Shown piece after piece: positions 10,201-21,300 of a DNA stretch of 64,000 nucleotides. The position numbers and the translations under genes are program-made. This stretch comes from Planctomycetota bacterium (lineage in GTDB: Bacteria; Planctomycetota; UBA8108; SXIK01): positions 5,408,001 to 5,472,000 of the forward strand of contig CBDCXR010000004.1 in assembly GCA_965223845.1 (NCBI GenBank), written 5' to 3'. Under the pieces are notes generated by a model. The model had not been told where the DNA came from and made no database searches. It saw nothing but the letters and a program-made list of their open reading frames with translations. Each line of letters begins with the position of its first letter. Position 1 is the first letter of the stretch.

Positions 10201-12512
10201 ACCCCGATATCGGTGCGCCGGTTCTCAATCAGCACGGCGGCGAGGTCGCTCCGGGCTTCGGCGCGACACTGTCGCGGCCCGCGGGAACGAGCGGGACGAT
10301 CTTCGTCACGACCGACGGCACGGACCCACGCGAACCAATCTCGGGAGATCCGTCCGCGTCGGCGTTCGCGTACGCGGGTGCGATCACCATCGACGAGCGA
10401 ACGACGATCCAGGCACGCGTGCGATCCGGGAGCGACTGGAGTGCGCTCACCGACGCGACATTCTGGGTGCCTTCCGTCTTCGAAGGGATCGCGATCACCG
10501 AGATCATGTACAACCCGCTCGCGGGCGAGTTGCTCGAGTTCGTCGAGATCGGGAACCTCGGCGCGACTCCCGTCGATCTCACGGGACTCGAGTTTACGAA
10601 CGGCATCGCGTTCACCTTCGAGGAGCACGTGCTCGCACCCGGCGAACACGTTGTCGTCGTGGCCCACGCCGCGGAGTTTTCTGCACTGTATCCAGGCGTA
10701 TCACCCGCGGGAGTTTACGAGGGTCGACTCGCGAACGGCGGCGAGAAGATCACGCTGCGGGAACCGTCCGGCACGACTCTCGTTTCGGTCGACTACTCCG
10801 ACGGTGGACTCTGGCCGGTCGGTCCCGATGGCTTCGGTTTCTCGCTCGTTCTCGCCGACGCTGCCGGCGACCCGGACGAGCCGAGTCGCTGGCGCGCGAG
10901 CGCGCAGCTCGACGGATCACCCGGCGAGGCCGACCCGCCCGCGTCGTCGCCCCCGGTCTTCATCAACGAGGTCCTCGCGACGGGCGCCCCGCCGTTCGAA
11001 GACGCCATCGAGCTCGTCAACCGGGCGGCGTTCGACGTCGAGGTCGGCGGCTGGTACCTGAGCAACAACCGCGAGAGCTTCGGTGCGCTCCGAACGTTCG
11101 CGATCCCGGACGGAACGGTGATTCCGGCGGGCGGCTTCGCGGTGCTCTACGAGAGCGAGTTCGGCGGAGCGTTCACGCTCGACGACGCCGGGGGCGCCGT
11201 CTATCTGAGCGCCGCGAGCGCCGGGGCGCTCACCGGACACATCGTCGAGCTTCGCTACCGCGCGACCGAGCCGCAGCGCTCCGTGGGGCTCCACGTGACT
11301 TCGAACGGAACCGACATCACGACGCTTCTCGCACCCACCTTCGGCGTCGAAGCACCCGCAAGCGTCGCGGAGTTTCGGGCGGGAACCGGTGCGGCGAACG
11401 CCGCTCCTCTCGCGCCGCGCGTCGCGATCAACGAGATCCACTACCATCCGCCGTTCGGCGTCGACGAGTTCGTCGAGCTCTTCAACCCGGGCGGACCGAT
11501 CGCGCTCTACTCGGGCGAACTCGAGCGCGGATGGCGCATCGACGGAGTTCGGAGTCCGCTCGGCGGCGACTTCGAATTCCTCCCGGGAAGCGCACTCGCT
11601 GCCGGTGCGTACGCGCTCGTCGTCGGCGTCGATCCGGAAGTGTTTCGCGACCGAAACGACGTACCGGGCGACGTACCGATCTTCGGTCCCTACGCCGGCG
11701 CACTCGCGAGCGAGGGCGAACGACTTCGCTTGCTCGCGCCCATCGCGACCGAGGCGGGAGGTGTCGCCTTCGTCGAGGTCGATCAGGTTCGCTACAACGA
11801 TCGCGCGCCCTGGCCGATCGAGCCGGACGGCGAGGGGCCGTCGCTCGAGCGTCCGTACGCTTCGCTCTACGGCAACGACCCGGCGCACTGGGCGGCATCG
11901 GACACGGACGGCGGCACGCCGGGACAGCGGAACAGCACGAGCCCCGACACTCCGAACGAGCTTCCCGAGCCTGCGATTGCGGGCGGACCGTTCAGCGGGA
12001 GCGCTCCGCTCGAAGTGACCTTCGACGGCTCGGCGTCGACCGATCCCGACGGTTCGATCATCGAGTGGGCGTGGAGTTTCGGCGACGGCGCGAGCGCACT
12101 CGGGGAAGAAGTCTCCCACACCTACGAGAGCGCCGGATCGTATTCCGCGCAGCTCACGGTGACCGACAACACCGGAGCTCGCACGTCGGCGAGCGTCACC
12201 GTCACGGTCGCAGAAGGGCCGGGTGGCGGTCAGATCGCTTTCGACATCAATCAGGATTCCGATCTCAACATCGCCGATCCGATCGCCCTGCTCGGCTACC
12301 TGTTCGGCGGACCAGCGCCCGAGCCGCCGTGCGACGGCGGGGATCCGTCCGGACCGGGAAACACGCTTCTCTTCAACATCAACGGCGATGCCGGCGTCGA
12401 CGTCTCCGATGCGATCTACGCGCTCCTCTTCCTCTTCGGGGATGGTGCGCCGCCGGTTCTCGGCGAGGAGTGCACACCGATCGTCGGTTGTCCCGAGCGG
12501 TGCGTGCCTTAG
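7215..12512 (+). CDS. Secreted multidomain CotH kinase: beta-sandwich, Ig-like, lamin-tail domain (LTD), Fn3-associated/chitobiase-like, CotH, Fn3-associated, LTD x3, PKD, dockerin-like
   Basis: Signal peptide; DDGFIAWLNG; LTD motifs (VSEILASN..DWFEVWN, ITEIMYNP..EFVEI, INEIHYHP); IRYTLDGSEP; CotH motifs IRIQGG, KHSFR, YWGLYNLVE, NADWPSHNW, SWDAE; PKD WSFGDG; twin DxNxD repeats at the C-terminus. Confidence 0.9.
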   Translation: MIRTSIRSIRSVSRNILVLLLCVVAREAAADRVTYIAYESTWRFRLGTAEASNPVSEWRERTYDDSGWSSGMAPFGYGDPPFGVDLTTFDPVMRGNYACVFLRREFELTNSAAVAALDLDVDYDDGFIAWLNGEEILRVNMESAVPGSAVRFDEFADDQHESGSPETFSVADPGNVLVDGTNVLCVQVFNNQINSSDLKLDLELYDPDGPDVSPPAIASVAPAPGGTVRSLTAATVTFTEPVLGVDAADLLVAGSPATSVAGTGAGPYTFSFAEPPAGAVQFTWSGAHGITDDAVPPNALEPFAWSATLDPDAPLGDLVVSEILASNRTGITDQDGERSDWFEVWNRGTETVSAAGWSVSDDPDVPAKWIFPAVDIAPGDYIVVFASGKDRRDATDELHTSFRLSTEGEYFALFSPDEPRRAVTEFSPQFPDQRSDIAYGQTALGEARYLDPPTPGAPNSAATALEGKVAEPHFSVERGFFSGSIPLKLTATPADATIRYTLDGSEPTATRGTVYSNELVVEGTASRAVITVRAIATKSGYLPSTVVTHTYIFPSEVRHQPADPSGFPGGWGNHPDADYEIDPQVVGDARYSRDFEDGLLDLPSISIVMQTSDMFGSSGIYSNPGGEGVQWERAASVEALYPDGREGFNVNCGIRIQGGASRSTSKSAKHSFRFLFKGDYGPTKLRFPLFPDTDVDEFDTVILRAGYNNSWIHWDSGQRARTQYIRDQWIRDTQRDMGQPTPHGIFVHVYVNGLYWGLYNLVERPSGPFAASHLGGEREDYDALNSAEPVDGDKSAWNTMIGIANGGLSSNAAYENIQNYLDVTNLSDYMIVNFYGSNADWPSHNWYAARRRAAGAQYKFFSWDAERTFEGLTSNRTGVSNGDSPGILYSRLRANAEYRLLFADRVHRWFFNGGALTPTAVRERWLARSDRLERAVVCESARWGDYRRDVHQSSNGPYEFYRRDEFWIPEKNRLLSNYIPQRSNTVLSQFRSIDLYPDIGAPVLNQHGGEVAPGFGATLSRPAGTSGTIFVTTDGTDPREPISGDPSASAFAYAGAITIDERTTIQARVRSGSDWSALTDATFWVPSVFEGIAITEIMYNPLAGELLEFVEIGNLGATPVDLTGLEFTNGIAFTFEEHVLAPGEHVVVVAHAAEFSALYPGVSPAGVYEGRLANGGEKITLREPSGTTLVSVDYSDGGLWPVGPDGFGFSLVLADAAGDPDEPSRWRASAQLDGSPGEADPPASSPPVFINEVLATGAPPFEDAIELVNRAAFDVEVGGWYLSNNRESFGALRTFAIPDGTVIPAGGFAVLYESEFGGAFTLDDAGGAVYLSAASAGALTGHIVELRYRATEPQRSVGLHVTSNGTDITTLLAPTFGVEAPASVAEFRAGTGAANAAPLAPRVAINEIHYHPPFGVDEFVELFNPGGPIALYSGELERGWRIDGVRSPLGGDFEFLPGSALAAGAYALVVGVDPEVFRDRNDVPGDVPIFGPYAGALASEGERLRLLAPIATEAGGVAFVEVDQVRYNDRAPWPIEPDGEGPSLERPYASLYGNDPAHWAASDTDGGTPGQRNSTSPDTPNELPEPAIAGGPFSGSAPLEVTFDGSASTDPDGSIIEWAWSFGDGASALGEEVSHTYESAGSYSAQLTVTDNTGARTSASVTVTVAEGPGGGQIAFDINQDSDLNIADPIALLGYLFGGPAPEPPCDGGDPSGPGNTLLFNINGDAGVDVSDAIYALLFLFGDGAPPVLGEECTPIVGCPERCVP

Positions 12513-12707
12513 CCCGGATCCGGATTTGCATCCGGCGGAAACCCACGGGTACAGTTGACGTCGAACTCCGGGGTCCGCAGGAGCGCGGAGTTCAGGGTCG
12601 AATTCTCGATCGAGTCGCCCGCAATGCTCCGATAGGGGAAACGTTTGGGCGCCCCGATCGCGGTTTCTCGCTCTCGCGATTCAGGATTCATCCGGATTAG
12701 CCAGCAG

Positions 12708-12739
12708 TTCTCACCCGATTCGGTGAGCGCAGCGACGAG
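12708..12739 (+). repeat. 32-bp hairpin-containing repeat, copy 1
   Basis: TTCTCACCCGATTCGGTGAGCGCAGCGACGAG matches 48170-48201 at 29/32 positions; CTCACC/GGTGAG stem. Confidence 0.7.
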
Positions 12740-12825
12740 TCCGGAGCGCGAGAAAGAAACGACGTCCGATCGCCCGCGTCGCGACGGAGCGCGGCGCCGA
12801 GAGTTTCCTGGAGGGAGGGTCCACG

Positions 12826-15198
12826 ATGAGGCTGAACCGAAGCATCGTAGCGGGCGGATTTGCGGTCCTTTTGTGCGCAGCGGGTATCGAAAAGGCGAAC
12901 GCCGAGCCGGAGCTCGTCTGGGCATTCGCGTTCGGGTCGCGGAACCTCGAGTGCGAGACGGCGAGTGAGCCAGGCACGAACTACACCATGGTCTGGCAGC
13001 AGGGGAACGATTGGGCCCTCTCCGATCTCAGTTACGACCCGGATCGCGAATGGGGATACGAGGAGCTGTTCCCCGAAGCGTTCGACTGGGCGATCTACGG
13101 ACCGTTCGACGACTCGGCGAACAATCGGAACGCGTTTCCCGACGACTGCCCGTCGCAGATCTACGATTCCTTCATCGGCGCGAAGAACTTCCTCTCGGAA
13201 TGCAGCGAGCTCACCGTCGGCGATCTCGAGTCGACTTGTGCCGACGGCGGAATCACCGAAGAGGGAATCATCTTCCGGGTCGATGTCCCGAACGGTCTCT
13301 ACCGCTTTGTCGCCGCGGTCGGCTCGGCCGACAATCGGCACGCCCACCGCATCCTCGCGGAGGACGGCGGCGAGGGGACACCTGACCTCATCGGCGACAA
13401 CCACGTCGTCCTCGTCCACAACTACGACCAGGCCGAGCACGGCGTGGGTGTATTCGCACGCGTCGGCTTCGGCTGCCTGCTTCCGCCCGATCCGGGTCAG
13501 CCGCAATTCGTCAACATGGACAGCGAGGGCCTCATCACGGAGGACGCCCCCTCGAGTCCGCTTCTCGAAGTAACGGAGGGCTACATTCGTATCCATCAGC
13601 TCCAGGCGAACTCGAACGATGGTGCGGCCGGTACGAGAGATCCGAACGGCGGTGACATGGTTCTCCTCGAGCTGTGGAAAGTCGACGGCCCGGACGACGG
13701 CGCCGGACAACCGTTCTCCGTGAGCCGGAGCATTTCGCCGAGCCCGCGCTCGCCCGGGGAGGCGGTCGAAGTAACTCTGAGCGCGGCCGCCATCACCGGA
13801 GCGACGACGATTACGGAGGTGATCCCCGATGGGTGGAGCGTCGTCGCGGACGGAGGCGGGACGGTCGCCGGTCAAGAGATCAGCTTCTCGGTCACCGCGG
13901 ACGGCGATGTCACCTACAGCGCGAAGCCAGACGACGACGAGAGCTGCGAGCCCGCGTCCTTTTCCGGATCGGCCGTCGGCCCCGGCGATTGCAGCGCCGG
14001 CGTCACCGGGGACAGCGCCATCGCGTGTATCCAGCCGTTCGATTGCGAGACGCCGCCGGACGCGCCGGCCGTCGAGCTCGTCGCCGCCTTCCATTTCGGC
14101 GCCGCCGCTGTCGACTGCGCGTCGTTCAATGATCCGGACGTGAACTTCACGCCGGTCGTTCAGTCGTCTCCCGCCGATCTTCTCTTCGACGAGGATCGAG
14201 GCTGGGGATACGAGGAGATTCTTCCCGGCGACGCCAGCCGCGGCGGTTACGGAATGTTCGGCCCGTTCGATGACTCCCCAAACAATCGGAACCAGTTTCC
14301 GGATGCGTGCCCCGAACAGCTCTACGACTCGATGATCGGCGCCAAGAACTTCAGCTTCCCGTGCGACGAGCTCGCGGTCGGCAGCCTCGACGAACCGTGT
14401 GAGGAGGGAGGGATCGATCCCGAAGGAATCATTTTCCGCATCGACGACATCCCGAACGGGAAATACCGCTTCGTCGCCGCGGTCGGAGACCAGTTCCAGC
14501 ACGCGCACCGCATCGTCGTCGAGAACGGTGGCGACGGTCCGCCCGCGGATCGCTCCGACGAGTTTGTCGTCCTCGTGAACAACTTCGACCAGAACCAGTA
14601 CCCGATCGGAGAGACCGACCCGGCCAATCCCGGACGAAACGTTTACGCTCGCGTCGGGTTCGATGGTCGGATCCCACCACCGGGAGACGGAGTCGCACCG
14701 AGCCCGCAGTTCGTGAACATGGACGAATTCGGAGAAGCGACGGAGGACTGCCCGAGCAGCCCGACGCTCGAAGTGACCGAGGGCTACATCCGCGTTCACC
14801 AGCTCCAAGGAAACTCGAACGTGAATCCGGACACCGGCACTCCCGGCGATGCGAACGGCGGTGACCTCGTACTCATCGAGCTCTGGCGGCTGAGCGACGA
14901 CGGCGGCCAGGAGATCAGGCGCGGCGACGCCAACACCGACGGCGCCGTCAACATCGCCGACATGATCTTCATGCTGAACGATCTCTTCGGGGACGGCGGC
15001 GCACCGTCCTGCCTCGAAACGGCGGATGTGAACGGCGACGCGGCCTACAACATCGCCGACGCGATCTTCGGGCTGAACCGGCTCTTCGGCGACGGTCCGC
15101 CGCCGATCGACGGTGCAGGTCCGGAAGGGACCGACTGCGGCGCGGACCCGAACCCCGCGACCTCGCTCGGGTGTGATTCGTACGACAAGTGCCCGTAG
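12826..15198 (+). CDS. Secreted protein: GPFDDS domain, Ig/DUF11-like domain, GPFDDS domain, dockerin-like
   Basis: RBS GGAGGGAGGG; signal peptide (..KANA/E); two copies of the domain in 5964-7001; C-terminal RRGDANTDG..ADVNGD dockerin-like repeat with 4 Cys. Confidence 0.9.
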   Translation: MRLNRSIVAGGFAVLLCAAGIEKANAEPELVWAFAFGSRNLECETASEPGTNYTMVWQQGNDWALSDLSYDPDREWGYEELFPEAFDWAIYGPFDDSANNRNAFPDDCPSQIYDSFIGAKNFLSECSELTVGDLESTCADGGITEEGIIFRVDVPNGLYRFVAAVGSADNRHAHRILAEDGGEGTPDLIGDNHVVLVHNYDQAEHGVGVFARVGFGCLLPPDPGQPQFVNMDSEGLITEDAPSSPLLEVTEGYIRIHQLQANSNDGAAGTRDPNGGDMVLLELWKVDGPDDGAGQPFSVSRSISPSPRSPGEAVEVTLSAAAITGATTITEVIPDGWSVVADGGGTVAGQEISFSVTADGDVTYSAKPDDDESCEPASFSGSAVGPGDCSAGVTGDSAIACIQPFDCETPPDAPAVELVAAFHFGAAAVDCASFNDPDVNFTPVVQSSPADLLFDEDRGWGYEEILPGDASRGGYGMFGPFDDSPNNRNQFPDACPEQLYDSMIGAKNFSFPCDELAVGSLDEPCEEGGIDPEGIIFRIDDIPNGKYRFVAAVGDQFQHAHRIVVENGGDGPPADRSDEFVVLVNNFDQNQYPIGETDPANPGRNVYARVGFDGRIPPPGDGVAPSPQFVNMDEFGEATEDCPSSPTLEVTEGYIRVHQLQGNSNVNPDTGTPGDANGGDLVLIELWRLSDDGGQEIRRGDANTDGAVNIADMIFMLNDLFGDGGAPSCLETADVNGDAAYNIADAIFGLNRLFGDGPPPIDGAGPEGTDCGADPNPATSLGCDSYDKCP

Positions 15199-15240
15199 GG
15201 AAACGGGGCGACGCGGCTTGACCGCGTCGGCGAACTCGAG

Positions 15241-15278
15241 ACAGAGAAAGGCCCGCCGAACGGCGGGCCTTTCTCTGT
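15241..15278. terminator. Bidirectional intrinsic terminator
   Basis: ACAGAGAAAGGCCCGCCG-AA-CGGCGGGCCTTTCTCTGT, a perfect inverted repeat between convergent genes ending at 15198 and 15307. Confidence 0.85.
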
Positions 15279-15306
15279 TCTGGGCGTACGCGCGGCTTGT
15301 GCGGCC

Positions 15307-18300
15307 CTAGAACGCACACACATCCGGACAGCCGAGAACCGGCACGCATCCGGTCCCGAGTGACGGTGGCGGGCCGTCGGCGAAGAGGTAATTGAGGACG
15401 TAGAGCGCGTCGGCGACATTCACACCGGCATCGGCGTTCACGTCGAAGACCTTGGCGTTCGCTGCGCTGTCGATCGGCCCGTCGCAGGGGAGTCCGCCGG
15501 GATTCACAAAGAGCTCGACGAGGATCTTCACCCCGTCGGCGATGTCGAGGCGGCCGTCTTGATTCGCATCGCCGGGAATCTGTCCGCCGCCGAGGTCTTC
15601 GCCGACGAAGATGAACTGACTCGCGACATCCTCCGCGCCGTCGTCATCCGTGACGACGAGCGTAACGACGTAGTTTCCGGGCGCCGCGAAGGTGTGCCCG
15701 ATCGACGCGCTCGTCGACATCGCGCCGTCGTCGAAGTCCCAGAGATAGCTCACGATCTCGCCGTCGAGATCGTAGGACTGCGTCCCGTCGAAGAACACCT
15801 CGAGCGGAGCGTCACCCGACGACGGGCTCGCGGCAATCACCGCGCCCGGGAGGAGGTTGCCGCCCCCGGAAACCGCGGTGTTCGCGATCCCCGGTGTGCC
15901 ACCGTCGCGCGTCGAAGCCGCCCAATTGACGGGATCACTTCCGTAGGACGTCGCTACGATGCGCTCGAGAGAAGGCCCCGCGCCGTCTGCTTCGGTCGGC
16001 CACGGGTCTTTGTCATTGTAGCGGACCTCGTCGACGACGGTCGGTACGACACCGAAATTCGCGAAGAACAGCGGGCGTTCGAGACGAAGTCGCTCGCCGC
16101 CGTCGGACACGCCGCCGCCAAACGCGCCGACGATCGGTACGGATCCCGGGACGGCGTGAAGGGAACGAAACGCCGCCGGATCGATACCGACGACGAGGAG
16201 GTAGCCTCCTGACGGTACGACGTCACCCGCAGAAAACTCGAAGAAACCGCTCTCCGTCGAGTTGAGGACGCCGCGAAGGTTCCAGCCAACTCCGAGCGCG
16301 TCATCATAGAGTGAAACGGGGGCTCCGGTGGGATTGAAGATCTCGATGAACTCCTCGCGGTCGCCGCCGGGGTTGTACATGATCTCGTTGATGACGAGAG
16401 GACCGAACCGCGGCTCTGCGTTCGGCTCTCCGGTCCCCGTGCGAAACTCTTCAACGCTCGCCGGGGAGTCGGCGCCGAACGTCCGCGCGCTCAGCGCGCC
16501 GAAGTCGATGTCCTCGCTCGTCGCGAAGCGCCCAAACGAGACTCCGGTCTCGCCCGCTTCGTAGCGACCTTCAGCGATGTGACCCGTGAGAGCGCCGCCG
16601 CCGTCGGCGGACGCGAGAAACACACTGCCGCCGGCGGGCTCGAGCGAGAGACCCGCCGGCTCGAAATCGATCGCGTAAAACACGATGGACTCGCCCGAGG
16701 GAAGAATCGTTCCGTCGGGAATCCGGTATTTTCGCAGGCTAGCCGCGTCGGTTCGTGCGTCGCTGAGGAACCACCCTCCGAGATCGACGGCGGCGGGATC
16801 TCGGTTGAAGAGCTCGATCGCGCCTTCGAGGGGATCGGCCGCGTTGGCGAGAATCTCGCTCACCACGACCGCACCTTCGGCCGGGCCGAGATCGTCGCTT
16901 CCGGGCGAACCGTCGACGTTTCGGCTCGCGCCCCACGAAGACGGTGAATCCGGGTCGCCGGTCTCGTCGATGCGCACTAGCGAATAACCGAAGCCGTCGG
17001 CCCCGATCGGCCAGAGCTGTCCGTCGTCGTAATCGACGTCGAAGATGAGCTCACCCGCCGCGTTGCGAAGCTGGATCTCCTCGCCGCCGTTCGCGAGCTG
17101 ACCGAAATACTCGCCGTCGACGTCGACTCCCGGGTACCGCGAGGCGAACGAGGCAGGATCGGAGACGAGGACCACGAACGCACCCGGGGCCAGCGTCGCG
17201 CTCGAGTCGAAGGTGAAATCGATGCCGGAGAACCTCGCCCCGGCGAGATCGATCGTCCGCGTCCCCGTGTTCTTCAGCTCGAGAAACTCGAAGCCGTTCC
17301 CGCCGACCGGATTGAACATGATCTCCGTCACGCGCAGCACTTCGCGCGGATCGGCAAACGAAAACGTGGCCTCCGCGAGCGCGCTCCAAGTCGTCCCCGA
17401 GCGAGTCCGCGCAAGGACGTGCGCGTGATCGGTGAGAATGATCGGATCTTCGTACGACTCCGACCGGCCCGACACCGCGCCCGATCCGAACACCCGCGGA
17501 TCCGTACCGTCCGTCGTGAAGTAGATCGTTCCGTTCGTTCCTGCGGGAAGCGACATCGAGAGAACGAATCCCGGATCGACCTCGCCGCCGTGCTGACTCA
17601 GAATCGGCGCCCCGAGATTCGGGTAGAGCCCGCGGCTCCTGAGCTGGCCGAGCACGTTCCCGGAGCGATTCGGAAAGTACTGCGTGAGGAGCCAGTTGAG
17701 CTCTGCCATCCACTCGTCGTTCCGTGTGTAGGGCTCGCTCGGCCGGCGCGTATCCCCCCAGCGGGCGGCCTCGCAGGCGATCGCCGGATCGACCTCGTCG
17801 ATGCGACGCATCCAGTGCGCCGCGGGTCGGTTGCGCTCGGGCTGCGCGGGATCCCACGCGGGATCGTCCTCGTCGACATAGAGGATGCCGCCATTAAAGA
17901 AATGCCGATGGGCTTCGTCGGCAAAGAGGAGACGAAACTCGGGACTCGCTCGCAGCCGGTCGTAGATTTCCCCGGGCGTGCCGCTTCGCGACTCGCTCGT
18001 GCGATCGATCGAAACGCTCTTCAGCGTGTGCTCGGCGTCCCAGCTATGAAACTGGAAGCCGAAGCCGGGCTGACGGAACTTGGTGGCGTACCAGTTGTGG
18101 TGCGGCCAGTCGTCATTCCCGCAGAAAAAGTTGACGAGCATGTAGTTGGCGAAGCTGCGGATGTCGAGGTGGTTCTCGAGATCGAGGTAGTTGCTCGTAT
18201 TCGAGAGATCGCGCCTGACGAAGTTCATCATCGTGCTCCACGAGCTGCTCGATCCGTCGACGACGTTCGATCCGCTGTGGCGAAGAGCGTCGTACTGCGT

Positions 18301-21300
18301 TTTGTCGCCGCCGTAGTGGGACGCGGCAAACGATGCGTCGGCACGCTCGTGGAGATCGAAGACGCCCCAGTAGAGGCCGTTCAGATAGAGGTGAAAGAAG
18401 ATGTCGTGCGGAGCGAGGCCCCCCGCCGCTTTCTGAAGGTCGCTCACGTACTGGTCGCGACAGTACTGACCGCGGACGCGCTGGCCGTGGTTCGGATGCT
18501 GCCACGTCTGATTCATGTGCGCATCGAGGACGATCGTGTCGAACTCGTCGACCGTCGAATCTGGAAACAAGCGATGGCGGAGCTTCGTCGGGCCGTACTC
18601 GCCCTTGAAGAGAAGGCGCATGCTGACCTTGATCACCTTCCAGTTGTTCACGCTGCTGCCGCCCTGAATCCGCATGCCGCAGTTCGCTTGGTGGCTCGCG
18701 CGCCCGCTGGGGTAGATGAACTCGGCCGACACCGGGCGTTCCCAAGAGGGACCGTCGCGCGAAGGATTCGCGTAGATCCCGGTCGAGGACGAGAAGAGGT
18801 CGTCCACATCGGCGACGACGGAGAGAGTCGGAATCGACGTCAATCCCTCGAGAATCAAATTGCGGTGACCGGGATCGTTGACGACGTCGGGGTCCATCTC
18901 GTAGTCGGCGGTCTGCGAGTTCCACGTCGACGGAAAACCGGAGGGGTTCCGCGGCTGAGTGAGGACGTGGTCGACGAAGATGTAAGAGTAAGTCGACACC
19001 CGCGACGGCAAGAACCCGCTTCGGTACGCGATCGCGCGCAGTGTGACGACCGCGCGCGACGCCGACCCACTGATCTGAAAGGGTCCCGTGTACAGCGTTC
19101 CCGACGTCGCCGATGGCGGGCTGCCGTCGAGCGTGTATCGGATCTGCGCGCCCGGAGTTCCCGACGAAAGAAACACATCGAAGGGCGCGTCGTAGAACCC
19201 TCGCCCCGGCGCCGCAACGGGCTCGAGGACGTAGCCGTCGTAAGTGACGCCACCCGAGTTCGGCGCGCCGGGAGTCGGCGCCGTGAAGTAGACGAGCTCG
19301 CCGGCGCCGTTTCGCCCGTAGGAGATGTCGGGCTGCTGCGGCGGGAATCGCGGCGCGATCTCGGAAATCACTTGCCGCGGCGACTCGGCGTTGAAGAGAC
19401 CGAAATACTCGCCCTCGGCGCTCAATCGGAAGCTGGTGTGCGGCTCGCCGCCGGTCAGGTCCTTTCCCGTCGCGAAAACTACGACGTGTTCCCCTGGCGC
19501 GAGAACGATGTTCGGAAGCACCCAGAGACCGGGCTCGTTCGGGTCGTCCGTGACGGACCACCCCGCGAGCGAAACGCTCGCGTCGCCGTCGTTCACGAGC
19601 TCGAACCAATCGCCTTCCTCGTTCTCGAAGTCGCGGAGGCCACTGCGGTTGACGGCGAGGATCTCGTTGATCGCGACGGTCCCGAGCGGTGCGTCGGGAT
19701 CGATGGTGTAAGTCCAGCTTCCGCCGGCGAAGGGATTCGAAAAATCGCCGAGGTCGACGATCCCGTGCCCCGAGCTCCACTCGACCGTGACGACCCCGGG
19801 CGCGGCCGGCGAAAACGAGAACACGTACGGCCCTCGGCCTTCACCCACGACCGACGATGCCGGAGCCCCATCGACCAGGAGATCGCCCGCGTCGACGCCG
19901 GTTACATCTTCGTCGAAGGTCACCTCGATTTGGCTGAGGCTCCGAAACGTACCGCCCGCGAACGGAACGAGGCTCGAAACGCTGGGAGGAACGAGATCCG
20001 GAGCGATCGGATCCACGATTTCGATGTCGAAGAAGAGGTCCGTGCTCGAGATCGTCGCGTTCAGCACTTCGACGCAGACGATATTCGTCCCGTTGACGAG
20101 GTAGTCGAGCGGATTCGGAAGCTGAAACTCCTCGATCGAACCGGACTCGTGAGTTCCCGCCGCGCGATCATCGTAGAGGACGGGGTCGCCCTCGGTGCCG
20201 TTTGCGTTGACGCGCAGGACCTCGATCTCGTTGATCCACATGACGAAGCCGTCGTCGTAATTCGCACGCGCGAGAAGCTCGCTCACCGCGGTGATGTTCG
20301 AGACCTCGAAGGTCTGCCGGAGAAAGAGCGTCGTGTAGTTCGACTGCATGGGCGGGGAGAGATCGGAGAGATCCGTCGCGATTCCCGCCTCACCGTAGCC
20401 GAACGGGGCTGCTCCGGCCGCCCAACTGGCGTCGTCGAAATTGAGTGCACGCCACGCGGGAACAGGACTCGAAGCCTCACTCTGACCGCGGAAGTAGCGC
20501 CAAGTTGAGCCCGGCTCGATCGCCCGGAACGAATCCTCGACCCGCCAGACCTCGAAGATGACGAGATCGCCGCCGTTCGCGTCCGTCCCCGACGTCTTTC
20601 CCTTGAGCTGGTGGACACGAATGTGACCGCTCGTGACATCGAGCGTGGGACTGCTCGCGCTCGCGGCGACGAGACCGTTCTCGCCGAAGTCGACGAATCC
20701 GTTCACCGCCGCCGGAGGCGGAACGAGGCCGTCGAATCCGACGCGCGCGAATACGCCTTGACCGTGCTCGGCTTGATCGAAGTTGTCGACGAGGACGACG
20801 TGATTCGCACCGAGTGACGCGGGGCCGCCGGCGCCGCCATCTTCTACGGTGAGGCGATGCGCATGGAGATTGTCAGCGGAGCCAACCGCCGAAACGAAAC
20901 GATAGACGCCGGGAGGAAGATCGATGCGAAAGATGATTCCCTCGGGCGGCGCGCACTCGCCCGTCGCCGGCGCCGGCTCCGACGAACACGGCGACGCGAA
21001 CGTTTTTGCGCCGATGAACGAGTCGTAGATCTCTTCGGGACAGCTATCCCCGAACGCGTTTCGATCGTTCGCGCTGTCGTCGAACGGACCGAAGATCCCG
21101 TAGCCCGCGCGCGTCGTATCGTCCGGGTCGACGACCTCGTACCCCCACCCCCGGCCCGAGTTGTACTCGAGGTTCGCCGGCGAGGTCTGGACGACGGCCG
21201 TATAGAACTGGCCGGGCGCGTTGTGAAGCTCGCACGAGAGATCGCGCGATCCGAAGATGAACGCTCGGACGAGCTCGGGCTCGGCGTGAAGGGCGCGCGA

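Noticed and set aside
10112-12700. 862-aa Arg-rich same-strand ORF and similar alternative-frame ORFs
   Set aside because: Frame-shifted shadows of real genes with low-complexity Arg/Ala composition.
12513-12825. Structured leader or riboswitch upstream of 12826
   Set aside because: It has several short hairpins (e.g. GAACTCCG/CGGAGTTC) but no recognisable riboswitch consensus, and such hairpins are expected at this GC content. An Rfam search would be needed.
17419-20508. Long antisense ORFs (17419-20508, 12697-14808, 21851-24094, 30061-31887, 44418-46433, 52157-54133, 60242-61999 and others)
   Set aside because: They are mirror frames of well-supported genes, stop-poor because of high GC and codon bias, with no recognisable motifs.
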